A stretch of DNA of 62,888 bases, the filler included, from Octopus bimaculoides (Eukaryota), in the NCBI RefSeq assembly GCF_001194135.2. It is 5 parts of 5 records of this genome, joined end to end, with 100 filler letters (N's around TTAATTAATTAA, not from the genome) between each part and the next. Parts side by side here need not be neighbours in the genome. Positions count along the whole stretch, not along the records: positions 34,019 to 50,287 come from NC_068990.1; positions 50,388 to 57,758 come from NC_068983.1; 3 more parts are not named here. One strand, given 5' to 3'. The number at the start of each line of letters is the position of its first letter. Position 1 is the first letter of the stretch. The notes under the pieces are model-generated. The model was not told where the DNA came from and ran no database searches. It saw nothing but the letters and a program-made list of their open reading frames with translations. A program made the position numbers and the translations under genes. Of the stretch, positions 36,201-50,492 are shown piece after piece.

Positions 36201-37810
36201 AGTAACGGACTAATTCAGTTAAGTTAATTTTCNNNNNNNNNNNNNNNNNNNNNNNNNNNNNNNNNNNNNNNNNNNNNNNNNNNNNNNNNNNNNNNNNNNN
36301 NNNNNNNNNNNNNNNNNNNNNNNNNNNNNNNNNNNNNNNNNNNNNNNNNNNNNNNGCCCTTGGTATTCCACATAAGATTTGTGGCTAAAGTTTATATGCA
36401 ATATATCGTTAATTTAATATTCTTTTAATGCAATTCCTAATATTTAATTATAAAAATTTTTTTTTTTTTTTTAATGGTTTTGAGGGTCCAGTCTGTTAAA
36501 ATAGGGAACAGAGACGTTCGTAGAAACAAATGGTTGAGAACCACTGGCTTAATTGATGCCATCTGCCTGGGAAATTGATGGGTATATTATTTTAGTGTCT
36601 CTGGTGTGCTGGTGGAAAAACAGCGTCGGTGAGATTTGAATCTCAGCAAGATAAAAATGTTACTGGGATGTGATTGTGAGAAATAATGGTTTTAAATTTT
36701 TCCATAAGGGCAGCCATTTGGGGGGGAGGGGATGAGGCGATTAGATCGACCCCAGCGTTCAACTGGTACTTAGATTATCGATCCCGAATGGATGCTGGTG
36801 TGTTTACGTCCCTGTAACCTAGCAGTTCGGCAAAAGAGCCCCATAGAATAAGTACTAGGCTTACAAAGAATAAGTCCTGGGGTCGATTTGCTCGACTAAA
36901 GGTGATGCTCCAGCATGACCGCAGTCAAATGACTGAAACAAGTAAAAGAGTAAAAGAGTAAAAAATCTAATTTTTAAGCTGCGAGTGGTAATAGGGGCCC
37001 ACCAGAACAAAATAGCTATCAAACAGGTTCAGAACCACTGAGCAACACGGGTAAACGTTGCTAGCCAGGCAGAATCGGCGCTCTTGTATAGTATCATGCA
37101 GCGGTTGTGAACATATTCTTTTCATATTCTCCTTATTTTCACACTGTCCCGCTAGTTATCTCTCAGTATCTTTCTGAGGAACATTTGATAGAAAACATTT
37201 AATTTTCTACTCGTCTTTCCAAATAGTTTATATACCAAATACTGTTGCTTTCTATGAAAATGAAAGTAAAAACATTCATTTTATATGTAAAATATTGTAT
37301 TTAAGTTAACATTGCTTAAATCTGAAGCAACATAAATAGGTTGTACGGTGCAGAAGAAGAGATTAAGGAGCGGAATAAGTCCTGACAGTTCAGTTCGTTC
37401 AGATCATAGTGTTCTCGTTCGTATGCTTTTTTAATCCAAAAATATGTGTATGTTAAGATGAATTATACTTACCCTCACACACACACGCACATACAAACAT
37501 ACACATATATGCATACATACCCACATATAGACATACATACACACGTATATGCATATAGCTGACTTCTACTGTAGCTCCATATTGTACACAGAATTCGGTA
37601 GATGGAAAATGTGTAGTGGCCACTTACGCACTTTTGTACTTACATGCACACACACGCATACACACGGATGAACACACACACGCATGAATACAAGCCCGTC
37701 GCACACAGACACACACAAATTATGCAAGTGCATATATACATACATACACATATGTATATACACATAGAGAGAGACAGAAACATGCATGTATACATACATA
37801 CATACATACA

Positions 37811-37842
<32 letters not shown>

Positions 37843-37849
37843 AAATACA

Positions 37850-38070
37850 TACATGAGAATATCTACTCTGAACTATTGAGAAATCTACAGTTACTCTATC
37901 CAGATTACAAGTTGCAATCATTCGGCCCCGGAATCTGTAACACACTGCCCGAATACCAATCTTCAGAAATTAGGCTTCTCAAAACCAGAAAGCTAATTCG
38001 AAGCCCACAGATCCAATCCATCACTGAAACTGTAAAAATCTGTAAAACTTTCCAGAAGTTTATCATTTAA
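37850..38070 (+). pseudogene. RLE-type LINE extreme 3' fragment
   Basis: YSELLRNLQLLYPDYK..ITETVKICKTFQKF resembles the end of the 43840-45950 element (YPD*KVTLQPTIIGA..RTVKLCKTFLRF). Confidence 0.65.
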
Positions 38071-38755
38071 ATATATTGTGATACACACCACGAAGAAATG
38101 ATCAAGATCAATAACAATCTATTAAACAACAACTACCCCAAAAGCATGCTATCCACTCCACTTATGAAGAACATAGAGGATGAAACCAATAAACTATCCA
38201 CAGTTTGTCTACCCTATGTGAAAGGCCTCTCCGAAAAGATACAAAAGATATGCGGCCCATATGACATAAGGACAGTATTCAAGAGTAATACAACACTTCA
38301 CAAATATCTCCGAGTAAAACCACCAATAGAAGAGAATATGACCAAAAACTGTGTGTACTCCATCTCATGCAGCTGTGAGCGAAACAAAGGCGAAACATGC
38401 CACCCTCTCAAAATAAGGGTAGACGAACATTGCAAAGCTGTGACACGAGGAGATATTGATAAATCGGGTATAGATGGTCATGTATAGAAAAATGGAGACC
38501 ACCTCACCCTGTGGGATGAAGTTAAAATAATAGACAGAAAACACCACTGGAAAATTCGAAAACTAAAAGAAGCAGCACATATGCTAGGACACAACAGCAA
38601 CCTCCTAAGCAGACCGAGTGCAGATATGAGTAGCATATGGGAACCAGTATTCAGGAAGGATAGGAAAATATTAGATTTATAAGTCCTAAAATTCACTACA
38701 AAATTGCCCACGGGCATATGGCATAGTTTGTTGAGAGTTCGATTCCAAGCAGTGA

Positions 38756-38759
<4 letters not shown>

Positions 38760-38839
<80 letters not shown>

Positions 38840-38852
38840 CAACAATAATAAC
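38760..38852. repeat. (TAA)n microsatellite
   Basis: Near-perfect run inside the Penelope-like element. Confidence 0.98.
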
Positions 38853-38900
38853 TTCGAAAAATACCTTAGGAATGAGAACCCAGGTTCGAAATTTCACCAA

Positions 38901-38946
38901 GACACCTGATGAAGGCTGGAGGGTATATCAGCTGAAGCACTGTGTT
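38901..38946 (+). ncRNA. Degenerate hammerhead motif in Penelope pLTR-like segment
   Basis: GACAC-CUGAUGA-A-GGCUG..CAGCU-GAA-gcacu-GUGUU; stems I and II pair, stem III is mutated. Confidence 0.55.
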
Positions 38947-41053
38947 AACAACAAACAAGATGAGGACAAATATGCGTCAAATGTAAATAATGTAAATAAT
39001 GTACATAATTCCTCATCTCTTAAATATAGAACTGTACTTTTGTATATCTTCAGAGATATACGGAAGGCATATCCAAGGTGTCAATTTTTGTTGGTTCGTA
39101 AGTTTCAAATATAATTTTTTACGGTGTAGGAATGTGGGAAGAGAAAGTAGTAGCTGTACTGAAAGTGGTGAAAGAGAGAGATAGAGAGAAAGAACGTAAA
39201 TATTATAAAGCGAGTCATATTAAATAGATAAATAAATATGTGTCAGGGAGAGAGTCCAAAATAGCCAGATGTCATCTAACAGTCAGGTGAAGAGATGCAG
39301 AAAAAATAGAGATGAAGGAATAAATACTGAGAGAGAAAGAGGTCGTGGGAGATAGTGTCATTAACAAAAGCACAGGAAAGAGAAAATGAGTGCGATAGAT
39401 CGACAGAGAAAGAGAAAAACAAAAAGAAGTTTTAATAGGATAACGAAATCTGTGTAACAGGAAAGACTTTGAGAAATGAAATAAAGAATTATTTACTGCA
39501 GAACTTCGTTGAGAAAAGAAAACGAAGGAAACTGTATTGTCCTTCAGTCAGTAATTAATTCCGTCTTTAATGTTTAATATTTAATCATTAAGTCACAGAT
39601 TACGTCATACTGATGATTTCTAAAAAGAATAAAAGGATGCGATATATGATTACCAATGACTTGAAATTTCTTCATAATACGAGCAAAATAATAATAATAA
39701 AAGAAATAAAATTTACTTTCAAATTCTGCCTTATATCATAATGTGAAAGAAGTTTTCTTCTCAAGAACACAAGGCACAATCTGATCTGGGAATTGAAACC
39801 GCGATCTTACAATCGTGAGTACAACGCCCTAATCAATAGGCTACGCACCTTTACATTAATTGACTCTTATAAAATATACCAATTAGTCTTCTTGTTTAAC
39901 ATTGGTTCAATCCTAATTTACAAGACAAATGATTTTAGACGTTCTAACCAAGACGATCTCGTAATGTTTCAAGCATAGTGCATTTCACACTACCTTAACC
40001 AACATATAGCCCCGTCTGGGAATAGAAACCATGGTCTAGTGGTCGGGACTGCAACGCCCTAGCCACTAGAACATGCGTCTTCATAAAAGCATGGCAATAA
40101 AGAAATGAAAAGCCGATTTTTCAAATACCACAAATCATTGCAACGAAGTTTTCATGGATAGAAAAGAAAAAACAACTTCTTTAATTTTCGAATAGAGAAA
40201 AAATACGATTATCAAAATCAAACTAAATGCTTGACGTGATCTGAAGAGGAAAATAAGAAGTCCTGCAAAACGATAACAATGGCACAAGAAGAAGTAGAAG
40301 ACGGAAAGTAAGGTGAATAAAAATAAAAGCAAGAAGACAAAATTAACACAGGAATTAATGAAAGAAGATTGAAACAGGAAGATTAAGAATTGCTTGAGGG
40401 AGACAGAAATAAACCGCGTTATTTTTGACAAGTACTAAGCTTTCTGGTTAGTACTTGTCAAACATATACACAAACACGCGCGCATAAACAGAAATAAACG
40501 CATACACACATATATAAATTTGTAGCGTAATATATAGATTCATAGAATCAAATGGCTATCAGGGAAAGCTTCCCTAGCGGACCCGGCTAGCATACCACAG
40601 AATAATCGATTTTTAAATATATAACTGTATTGTATAATGCGTAGCATGCATATTAGTGGAGATATAATTTATTATACGCTGAAATTATTATTACATGATT
40701 AAGGTTGCGAAACGGCCGTAACCTTAAGGAAGGCAAGTGGCTAAATAAATATATTCACCCTTCATACCTCCGAACTTTTTATGTTTGTGCATGTGTGTGT
40801 GTGTATGCGTGTGTGTGTATAAACATACATGTACTTTATACACACACACAAACACGCACACAAACACACACTCTCTCTCTCTCTCTCACAGACACACACA
40901 TATATATACTTGCTTATATGTAATATACATATATTCATATATATCTGTGTGCTAAGCTGATAAACACATGTACATACACAGACAGACATAGATATATTGA
41001 GACATACATTTATACACACGCACATATCGATAAATACACATGTATATACATAT

Positions 41054-41102
<49 letters not shown>

Positions 41103-41120
41103 NNNNNNNNNNNNNNNNNN

Positions 41121-41172
<52 letters not shown>

Positions 41173-41814
41173 CACACACATATATACATACATGCAAGCA
41201 AAGATACATACAGAAGATAGACAGGCATGTATGTGTGTGTCTGTGTCTGTGTTTGTTTGTTTGTGGGGCGGGGGGTGGGGGTGTAATTATGTATAATTAA
41301 TATCAGATGATTTCTAAGCTCTTCTACTGAAACTCTCAAACTGCCAAATCTTTCTAATGAAACTCCATTCATCATACTTGGGGAATTGCTTTGATACAAA
41401 ACACAAACTATTGACAGAACCTACCTGACTGGCTAATCATCAAATTACGTCAAATATGTTAATGTCAGCCTAAATGATTGATCATTAATTAATCGGATTA
41501 TTGCATACCATTGACCCATTGAAGAATTGCTCTGAGAAACGTAAAGTAATTATTTGCGGCATTAGATATCGGCTGAAGTTTCCCATTGGTCTTTATTCAT
41601 TGCCTATCTTCCAACTTTTATCTTTTACCTGTTTCAGTCATTGGACTGTAGCCATAGCAGGGCACCACTCTAGTAATTATATGTTCTTAAAAGTCTGGTG
41701 CTTATTCTATAGGTCTTTTTTGCCTTTGCCAAAGTGCTAAGTTATGACAATGTAAACAAATCAACACTGGTCGTCAAGCGGTTGGTGGGGCAGACACATG
41801 CACAAAGATACACT

Positions 41815-41846
<32 letters not shown>

Positions 41847-43282
41847 TATGTGGAGGCGGGTGGCTTAGTGGTTACGGTGTTGAACTCATGATCGTAAGAT
41901 TGTGGTTTCGATTCCGGGATCATGCGACGCGTTGTGTTCTTAAGCAAAACACTTCATTTGATGTTGCTCCAGTCTACTCAGCTGGCAAAAATGAATAATC
42001 CTGCGATGGACTGGCGTCCCATCCACGTTGGGAATATATACGCCATTGAAACCGCGAAATCGGCCCTCATGAGCCTGGTATGCATGGCTGGAGAAAGAAA
42101 CAGTTATATATATNNNNNNNNNNNNNNNNNNNNNNNNNNNNNNNNNNNNNNNNNNNNNNNNNNNNNNNNNNNNNNNNNNNNNNNNNNNNNNNNNNNNNNN
42201 NNNNNNNNNNNNNNNNNNNNNNNNNNNNNNNNNNNNNNNNNNNNNNNNNNNNNNNNNNNNNNNNNNNNNNNNNNNNNNNNNNNNNNNNNNNNNNNNNNNN
42301 NNNNNNNNNNNNNNNNNNNNNNNNNNNNNNNNNNNNNNNNNNNNNNNNNNNNNNNNNNNNNNNNNNNNNNNNNNNNNNNNNNNNNNNNNNNNNNNNNNNN
42401 NNNNNNNNNNNNNNNNNNNNNNNNNNNNNNNNNNNNNNNNNNNNNNNNNNNNNNNNNNNNNNNNNNNNNNNNNNNNNNNNNNNNNNNNNNNNNNNNNNNN
42501 NNNNNNNNNNNNNNNNNNNNNNNNNNNNNNNNNNNNNNNNNNNNNNNNNNNNNNNNNNNNNNNNNNNNNNNNNNNNNNNNNNNNNNNNNNNNNNNNNNNN
42601 NNNNNNNNNNNNNNNNNNACACCGCACGCATAAATATACGATAGGATTCCTTCCGTTTCCTGCAACCAAAATCTCGTAAGGCTTTAGTCGGTTTTTGTTA
42701 TTATAGTAGGAGGTACTTACCCAAAGTGCTCCACAATAGGAACAAACTCGAAACCATATAATAATATAAGCTCAGCCAGGGCTTTCCTTTTATACATTGC
42801 AAACAACTTGCATATGCAAGTGCTACCAGTTGAAACTCCACATACCGGAAGTCAGCAAGTATATGGGGTCGTTACTGCGCACCAGCCCCCACTCCTCACT
42901 GATATGAGGCCCCGCTTGCTAGATCAACTAGTTATCAAATAAAGCTCAGTATTCTTCTAGCCTTCGCTCATCGTCTCTTTTTAACCAAATCCAGTGGCTA
43001 GCCTTCTCCACTGTAGTTTAGATATCGGTCATGGTGGCATTTACTTTACGATGAATTAGGCCTAACGATAACCACGGTCGCCTGACACTGTGTCCAACAA
43101 ATACTCTACTGAGGTCGATCCAATCGACTGCCCCCACCAAAAAAAAAAAAAAAATTGGGGCTTTGTTCCTAGAGTAGAAAAGAAAATATTTTGGCAAATT
43201 AAATTTAAATGTTGAAGTAAACCTAACGGTTTTTGTGTGTCCTTAAATGGCTTATAAACATCTTCCACGTTGCAATTGTTGT

Positions 43283-43323
<41 letters not shown>

Positions 43324-43839
43324 CATTATATAAACAAGTAATTGAAAGCTGAAGACAGGAATATATTTTTAATATTTTTACACGATTTGTTTATTCATTA
43401 TCTACAAAAATAATATTTTATCGATGGAATTGAAAATGTTTAAAACTGCTTCAAGGCCAGAAACCAGACTATGAGCGTTTATTTTTGTATTTATTTATTT
43501 ATCTATTTATCTATGTGTGTGTTCGTGAGTGTGGTGGTGTGTGTATGGTGTGGTGTGCGTGGTGTGTGTGTGGGGTGGGGGTGCACGTGTGCGTATTTAT
43601 TACTAAATTATGAAATATTAGATTTAAATATCGAAGACGTAAAAATTTTTTTAAATACATGAAATTTAATTTAGATAAGCTATTAATATTTTTTATTATG
43701 GGAAAGCATTTTGTTTTTCTGAAACTATTTATTTCTATAAAAAAGATGTCAGTACATTATTTTTATTTTCAAAGATCAGATTCGCTTTTTATCCTGTGTT
43801 GAAAATTGTACTGGCTGTATATACTACATTTTTAAAACA

Positions 43840-45950
43840 AACGTACATGCGTGCGAATCTTGTGGCCAAGCATGCAACCATTGAGTTTCTAGAAAACCAC
43901 AGGCCCATTGTTTGCCGAAACATTATGTACAAACTATACATAAGATGCCTCAACCAATTCTTCCAGGATCATTGAGGTTCAACAACTTAGTGACTGATGA
44001 GCAGGCGGTTGAAAAGAAGGGAGTGTGGAGTATGCCAAACAATTTTCGATAAACAAAGCTGTACTTTCTGTGGTATAAAATGCTTTGCTAAGATATTGTT
44101 GGAATATAGCAAGGCATTTGACTCTATTCCTCATTCATGGCTGCTGTAGTGTCTTCATTTGACGAAAATTTCAGCTATCTTATTTGTTGCCTTTGAGAGG
44201 CTCACAAAAGCATGAGCAACAATTCTTAAACTTAGAACTGGGAGGGGGAACAATCGTTTCCAATGTCATAAATATCTCAAAGTGAATATTCCAAGGAGAT
44301 AGTCTTTCTGTAATTCTGTTCATTTTGGCGTTAAGTCATTGCTGTTACAAAATCAAAGTCTGCAACTTCTAGAGATATTAACGTACCCCATATTTTTATG
44401 TGGGTGACCTCGAGATTTATGCTAGAAATGTTAACGATGCCAAAAATGTAATTGGAATTAGTAACAACATGGTTGATATAGGAATGGAATTTGGTCAAAA
44501 ATATGCTCATATTTGATTGCTGAACTGGGAAAATTAGTTCTTCGGACACAAAACCTGTGCATCAATGGCCTCACTATGTCTTCTGTCCCGCAAAGAATGC
44601 TACAAGTACCAAGGCATAAATGAAATTATATCACACGAAGGTATTGTGAAAAAGATAGAGTCATCCAAGAATCCAAGATAGAGTCATCCAAGAATATTAT
44701 ACCAAATATGGCAGTCGGAACTCTCCTCTTACATGACTACATCACACAAGGCATTTGCAGTACCAGTGCTTATTTCACCATATGGGATACTTGACTGGTT
44801 TATAGAAGAAACTCATTCCATAGATATTAAAACCCGCAAGATTCAGACATCAACTGGAAATCTCCACGGAAATAATGATATCGACAGGCTCTCCTTAAGA
44901 AGAGATAAAGGAGATAGGGGTTTGAGATTAGTGCAGGCAGCCTTGCTAAACAACAGCAGCAAAAATCAACGCATTAATGCTAAAAAGTGAAGAAAACAAT
45001 ATCCTATGTATTGGAAGTGAGCTCCTCAGGAAACATTCTCTTCCTGGTGTCTTCCCATACCACCTCAAAACAGCCGGACTAATACACCCCAAAGAATACC
45101 CGTTCCGCATACCAAAAACAGACCACGCATGGGGATGCTTCCTGAAGACTTGATGAAGACGGTGACATTGACATGAAGTGAAGCTTTTCTTGGACCCTGA
45201 CCGCTATATCACATCACAAATCGTAGGCAATGCATTTGCAATCCAAGAACAGGAGATTCCTACTAAACACCTAATAGACAATAGAGAATAGCGGATTGCT
45301 ACTAAATACCTCATAATTAAGAGACAATGAAGCCCTTGGAGTTCCAAGATGCAACCGAAAATATAGATCGCCATATTTCTTTGAAAGACATCACACATGT
45401 GGTTAGCAGCTGCCCAATAATGTCATCAAGGTACTATCTCCCTATACGACACGACGTTGTCGCAAAAACAAATTACAATATCATGTGGAAAAAAAACTGT
45501 CCTGAAATAAGTATAGAGAATCCTTCTGTCGTTGAATACGTACACGAACATCAACACAAGGAATACCGGTGGAATTTTTCCATCAAAATCTCTGTCAAAT
45601 GTAAGCATATCATGCCTGATATTGTTGTTTCAAACCAGCAAGTAAAAAGCATATACCGCCATAAAGGTCAACTGTCCTGCTGATGTGAATATTTCTTTGA
45701 AAATCGAAGAAAAAGGAGGTAACTACGGACAACGGCTTCGAAACGTTCGCTTCTATATCCGGATTGAAAGGTTACTTTACAGCCAACAATAATTGGAGCA
45801 CTTAGTTTTGTAAGTAAATGCTTAACTGTCAGACTGGATAAGCTGGGATTTTCACAAAAAGAAATCAACCAACTGACTCGCACATTACAATTACAATTTG
45901 TAAGTAGAACAGTAAAATTATGCAAAACTTTTCTCCGGTTTAAAACGTGA
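43840..45950 (+). pseudogene. Decayed RLE-type LINE (RT plus endonuclease), R4/Dong-like
   Basis: Frameshifted RT motifs (AFDSIPHSWLL, IFQGDSLSVILFILAL, FLCG*PRD/YVDDL-like, YKY.G), then CCHC region, RHDVVAK and PDIVV. Confidence 0.85.
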
Positions 45951-47769
45951 CATTGCTTTCGTTATCCACGTTCCAAAGATAGAGCTTCATATCTTTGTTA
46001 GAAACCAACTCCTACTTCAAAGGAAAAAGTTAAATAATTAAAAACAGTAAAGAACATACATACATACATGCACGCGCACACACACACACACACACATGCA
46101 TACATATATACTTACTAAATTTCAGGAATTCTTTACATAGTTTTACAATTTCATTAATATCATGCTATAGTAATTCTCTAATTAGCCGTCTCTTGTCTGC
46201 TTTTACGAAGCCAGGTTTCTAAAGATTAATACTGAACCAGTCAGTTACATAACAAACTTTACCCATAATCACATTTATAAATCTAAAATCATAATTCATG
46301 TCATATCTGGAGACTTCTGCTGAGTTCAGCATTGGTATTTTCTTTCTCATTTATCTTTAATATCCACAGGACAACTTATATTTATTACAGCACACACTTC
46401 CTTTCCTTAGTCTTAGGTCACAATGTCAGATAAGTTAGGCTTTCATTTCATATAAGTTTGACAGAAACATTGCATAAGTATTGATTCATATAATGGCTGA
46501 TATTACTTGGTACATCACTGTAATTTCTCGTATTTTGACCTTACTTTCTACGAATTACAAATCATAAGGTTTTAACAAATGCACTAAACCGTATAAATGG
46601 ATAGTATGTAGTATCAATGCGTGCGTGGATAGTATATATAAGTATCTATTGATATATATACGTATGTATGTATGTATGTATGTATGTATGTATGTATGTA
46701 TGTATGTATGTATGTATGTATGTTTGTATATATAGAGGCATGTGTGGATGGATGGATGTTTGCGTGTATGTATGCGTATATGTAGTTCTACAGCTATATA
46801 TTTATGCTTGAATATATGCATGTATGCACGCATTTATGTATATATGTATCCCTGCGTGTATGAATGAATGTATATATGTGTCAATGCATATATGTCTGTA
46901 TGTACGGACATATGCATGTATATATGGGCTTACGAAGAAATATACATATATATATATAACCTCAACCTCCACAATGACTCATTACATAACCTCCANNNNN
47001 NNNNNNNNNNNNNNNNNNNNNNNNNNNNNNNNNNNNNNNNNNNNNNNNNNNNNNNNNNNNNNNNNNNNNNNNNNNNNNNNNNNNNNNNNNNNNNNNNNNN
47101 NNNNNNNNNNNNNNNNNNNNNNNNNNNNNNNNNNNNNNNNNNNNNNNNNNNNNNNNNNNNNNNNNNNNNNNNNNNNNNNNNNNNNNNNNNNNNNNNNNNN
47201 NNNNNNNNNNNNNNNNNNNNNNNNNNNNNNNNNNNNNNNNNNNNNNNNNNNNNNNNNNNNNNNNNNNNNNNNNNNNNNNNNNNNNNNNNNNNNNNNNNNN
47301 NNNNNNNNNNNNNNNNNNNNNNNNNNNNNNNNNNNNNNNNNNNNNNNNNNNNNNNNNNNNNNNNNNNNNNNNNNNNNNNNNNNNNNNNNNNNNNNNNNNN
47401 NNNNNNNNNNNNNNNNNNNNNNNNNNNNNNNNNNNNNNNNNNNNNNNNNNNNNNNNNNNNNNNNNNNNNNNNNNNNNNNNNNNNNNNNNNNNNNNNNNNN
47501 NNNNNNNNNNNNNTATATATATATATATATGTATGTATGTAAGTGTGTGTCTGTGTTTGTCCCCCCAACATCGCTTGACAACCGATGCTGGTGTGTTTAC
47601 GTCCCCGTAACTTAGTGGTTCGGCAAAAGAGTCCGATAGAATAAGTACTAGGCATCCAAAGAATAAGTCCTGGGGTCGATTTGCTCGACTAAAGGCGGTG
47701 CTCCAGCATAGCAGTAGTCAAATGACTGAAACAAGTAAAAGAGTAAAAGAGTAATGAGTAAAGAGTCTT

Positions 47770-48260
47770 CGCTACTGATTCAGCTAAGTTTGGAGACACA
47801 CACGTATTTAGCGATGGCGGGAGCGATGATTGGTTTACATTATTTTTTACGCCGCTTCTGACAGATTTTGGCCCATTCTCAGTGTTTTGAGAAGATCGAG
47901 GATCAGTTGACTTGCTATCTACAAAAAAATGCTTGTTGTCGGAGCTGTGTTTCGCTGTGAATGTATTTAAGTTGGGATGAGCTTCGTCCCAGTATTGTTT
48001 TAACCGCTACGTCTATCCGATTGAAGGGTCATCTCGGGCTTTTTTAAAGCATTGAAATAAATCTTGGTTTAGTTGTTGGCTCCAATTAAAATGAGAAGAG
48101 TACTTACGTCTTCTTAAATAACTTATTGGTGAAGAAATTCTGCTTTCATCGGTGGTGGTGATGTTGTTATTTGCATCTCTGGTGGTGTTAGTTTCAGCCT
48201 TAATCGTGTTGGCGAGTTTTTTACGTGATGTAGACATATATTTTTAAATCAGTTAAGGAT
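47770..48260 (-). pseudogene. N-terminal fragment of an R4/Dong-like LINE ORF
   Basis: RRRKYSSHFNWSQQLNQDLFQCFKKARDDPSIG*T*RLKQYWDEAHP resembles the Myb-like N-terminus of R4-clade elements (inference). Confidence 0.55.
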
Positions 48261-48754
48261 AGCGCTACGTTGGTGGTTAAAAGGTGTTTCCCTTATTAAT
48301 TATTCGAGAAATAAGCCAGTTACCGATTTAGGCTGGAGAAGTCAGCACATTTCTAGAAGACGTTCAAAACGGACATTTTAAACAATTCTCTACACCCGCA
48401 CTTTCGATGTTGACGGCGTACGTATGTACGTATGTATGTATGTATGTATGTATGTATATACGTACGTTTGTATGTATGTATGTATGTATGTATGGATGGA
48501 TGGATGGATGTATGTACGTAGTTGTATTCCAAGCTTCTAGTGAGAGTTTTGCCACATTCATCTGAGCAGATATGATAACATTTATAAATTTATAATCTAC
48601 TAAGTAATATTGATTTAGCTTCTTCTATTTTATCGTTTCTTAATAAATATATCTTGACAGACTACAGTAAAAAAAAAAGAAAATGAACACAGAACGACAG
48701 CACAGCAATGTAATACAGCGATATGCCTGTTTTCGTTGCGCTCCACATACATAC

Positions 48755-48853
<99 letters not shown>

Positions 48854-50239
48854 TATAAAATATAAAANNNNNNNNNNNNNNNNNNNNNNNNNNNNNNNNN
48901 NNNNNNNNNNNNNNNNNNNNNNNNNNNNNNNNNNNNNNNNNNNNNNNNNNNNNNNNNNNNNNNNNNNNNNNNNNNNNNNNNNNNNNNNNNNNNNNNNNNN
49001 NNNNNNNNNNNNNNNNNNNNNNNNNNNNNNNNNNNNNNNNNNNNNNNNNNNNNNNNNNNNNNNNNNNNNNNNNNNNNNNNNNNNNNNNNNNNNNNNNNNN
49101 NNNNNNNNNNNNNNNNNNNNNNNNNNNNNNNNNNNNNNNNNNNNNNNNNNNNNNNNNNNNNNNNNNNNNNNNNNNNNNNNNNNNNNNNNNNNNNNNNNNN
49201 NNNNNNNNNNNNNNNNNNNNNNNNNNNNNNNNNNNNNNNNNNNNNNNNNNNNNNNNNNNNNNNNNNNNNNNNNNNNNNNNNNNNNNNNNNNNNNNNNNNN
49301 NNNNTATATATATATATAATTTCATAATCTTTCTATTGAATTTCCAGCTATATATTCATTAATAAATATCGTGAGAGAACTAGAAAGTAAAAAAAAAAAA
49401 AACGTTGTGATGCAATGATAGAGATGTTTTAGCTGATTTTGATGAATTCGAGGAATGGAAAAAAAAAAAAACGAGACAAAACGAAATAATGCATTCATTG
49501 TCTTGTCAACAAACTACTATTGTCAATTGCTGGGCGATGTTGAAGTTGTTCTATTGGAAATGAAAAATTGATTTCATATCAGAGTTGATTTGTTCTGACA
49601 GGCTTGAGGTTGTGATATCTAATGGCGAATTTTATGTAGATACTCACAATCAAAACAAAACAAACAAACAAACAAACAAAAACATACGCGCTCAAACAAC
49701 AGATATACACACAATTACACACAGACGTACATATGCGAATAACGCATATATGTATGTATGTATTCGTATGCATACACACACACATGCACACATACACATA
49801 CATAATACACACCAGGAGTGGTTATGCGGTAAGTAGCTTGCTTAGCAACCACATAGCTCCGGGTTCAGTCCCACTGTGTGGCACCTTGGACAATAACCTC
49901 GGGCCGAATATAACCTCGGGCCAACTAAAGCCTTGTGCGTGAAACTTACAGAAACCCGTCGTACATATACATATATTTATGTGTTTGTCTGTCTGTGTTT
50001 GCCCCACCACCACCACCATTGCTTGGAAACCGATGTTGGTGTGTTTATGTCCCCGTAACTTAGCAGACCGATAGTATAAGTACTACGCTTAAAAGAATAA
50101 GTCCTGGAGTCGATTTGTACGAGTAAAGATGATGCTCCAATATGGCTGCAGTCAAATGACTGAAACAAATAAAAGAATATATTCGTATACATTTACATAT
50201 TTCCATCCATATATACATATACGAACGCACATAGGCACA

Positions 50240-50287
<48 letters not shown>

Positions 50288-50492
50288 NNNNNNNNNNNNN
50301 NNNNNNNNNNNNNNNNNNNNNNNNNNNNNNNTTAATTAATTAANNNNNNNNNNNNNNNNNNNNNNNNNNNNNNNNNNNNNNNNNNNNTATACCGGAATAA
50401 TCACATAAATGCAAAACAAGATGGATAAAAGAGCACTCAAATACCAGAGGTAGAGTAATATGCTTTATTAAAAAGCTGCCGAAATATCACAT

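Larger units (their letters stand above)
38090..39035 (+). mobile_element. Penelope-like element: GIY-YIG endonuclease remnant, (TAA)n and pLTR-like segment
   Basis: CLPYVKGLSEKIQKIC..VFK..KNCVYSISCSC..GETCHPLKIRVDEH..KSGIDGH..WDEVKIID..RKLKEAAHM, followed by (TAA)n and a hammerhead-like motif. Confidence 0.9.

Noticed and set aside
36355-36386. Exon start (aactttag|CCACAAATC..) running into a gap, possibly gene B
   Set aside because: Only about 30 bp is visible and the donor would be hidden in Ns, so it cannot be supported.
40283-40315. Plus-strand ATG GCA CAA GAA GAA GTA GAA GAC GGA AA|gtaag as a start exon
   Set aside because: Purine-rich low-complexity context and no downstream plus-strand exons found.
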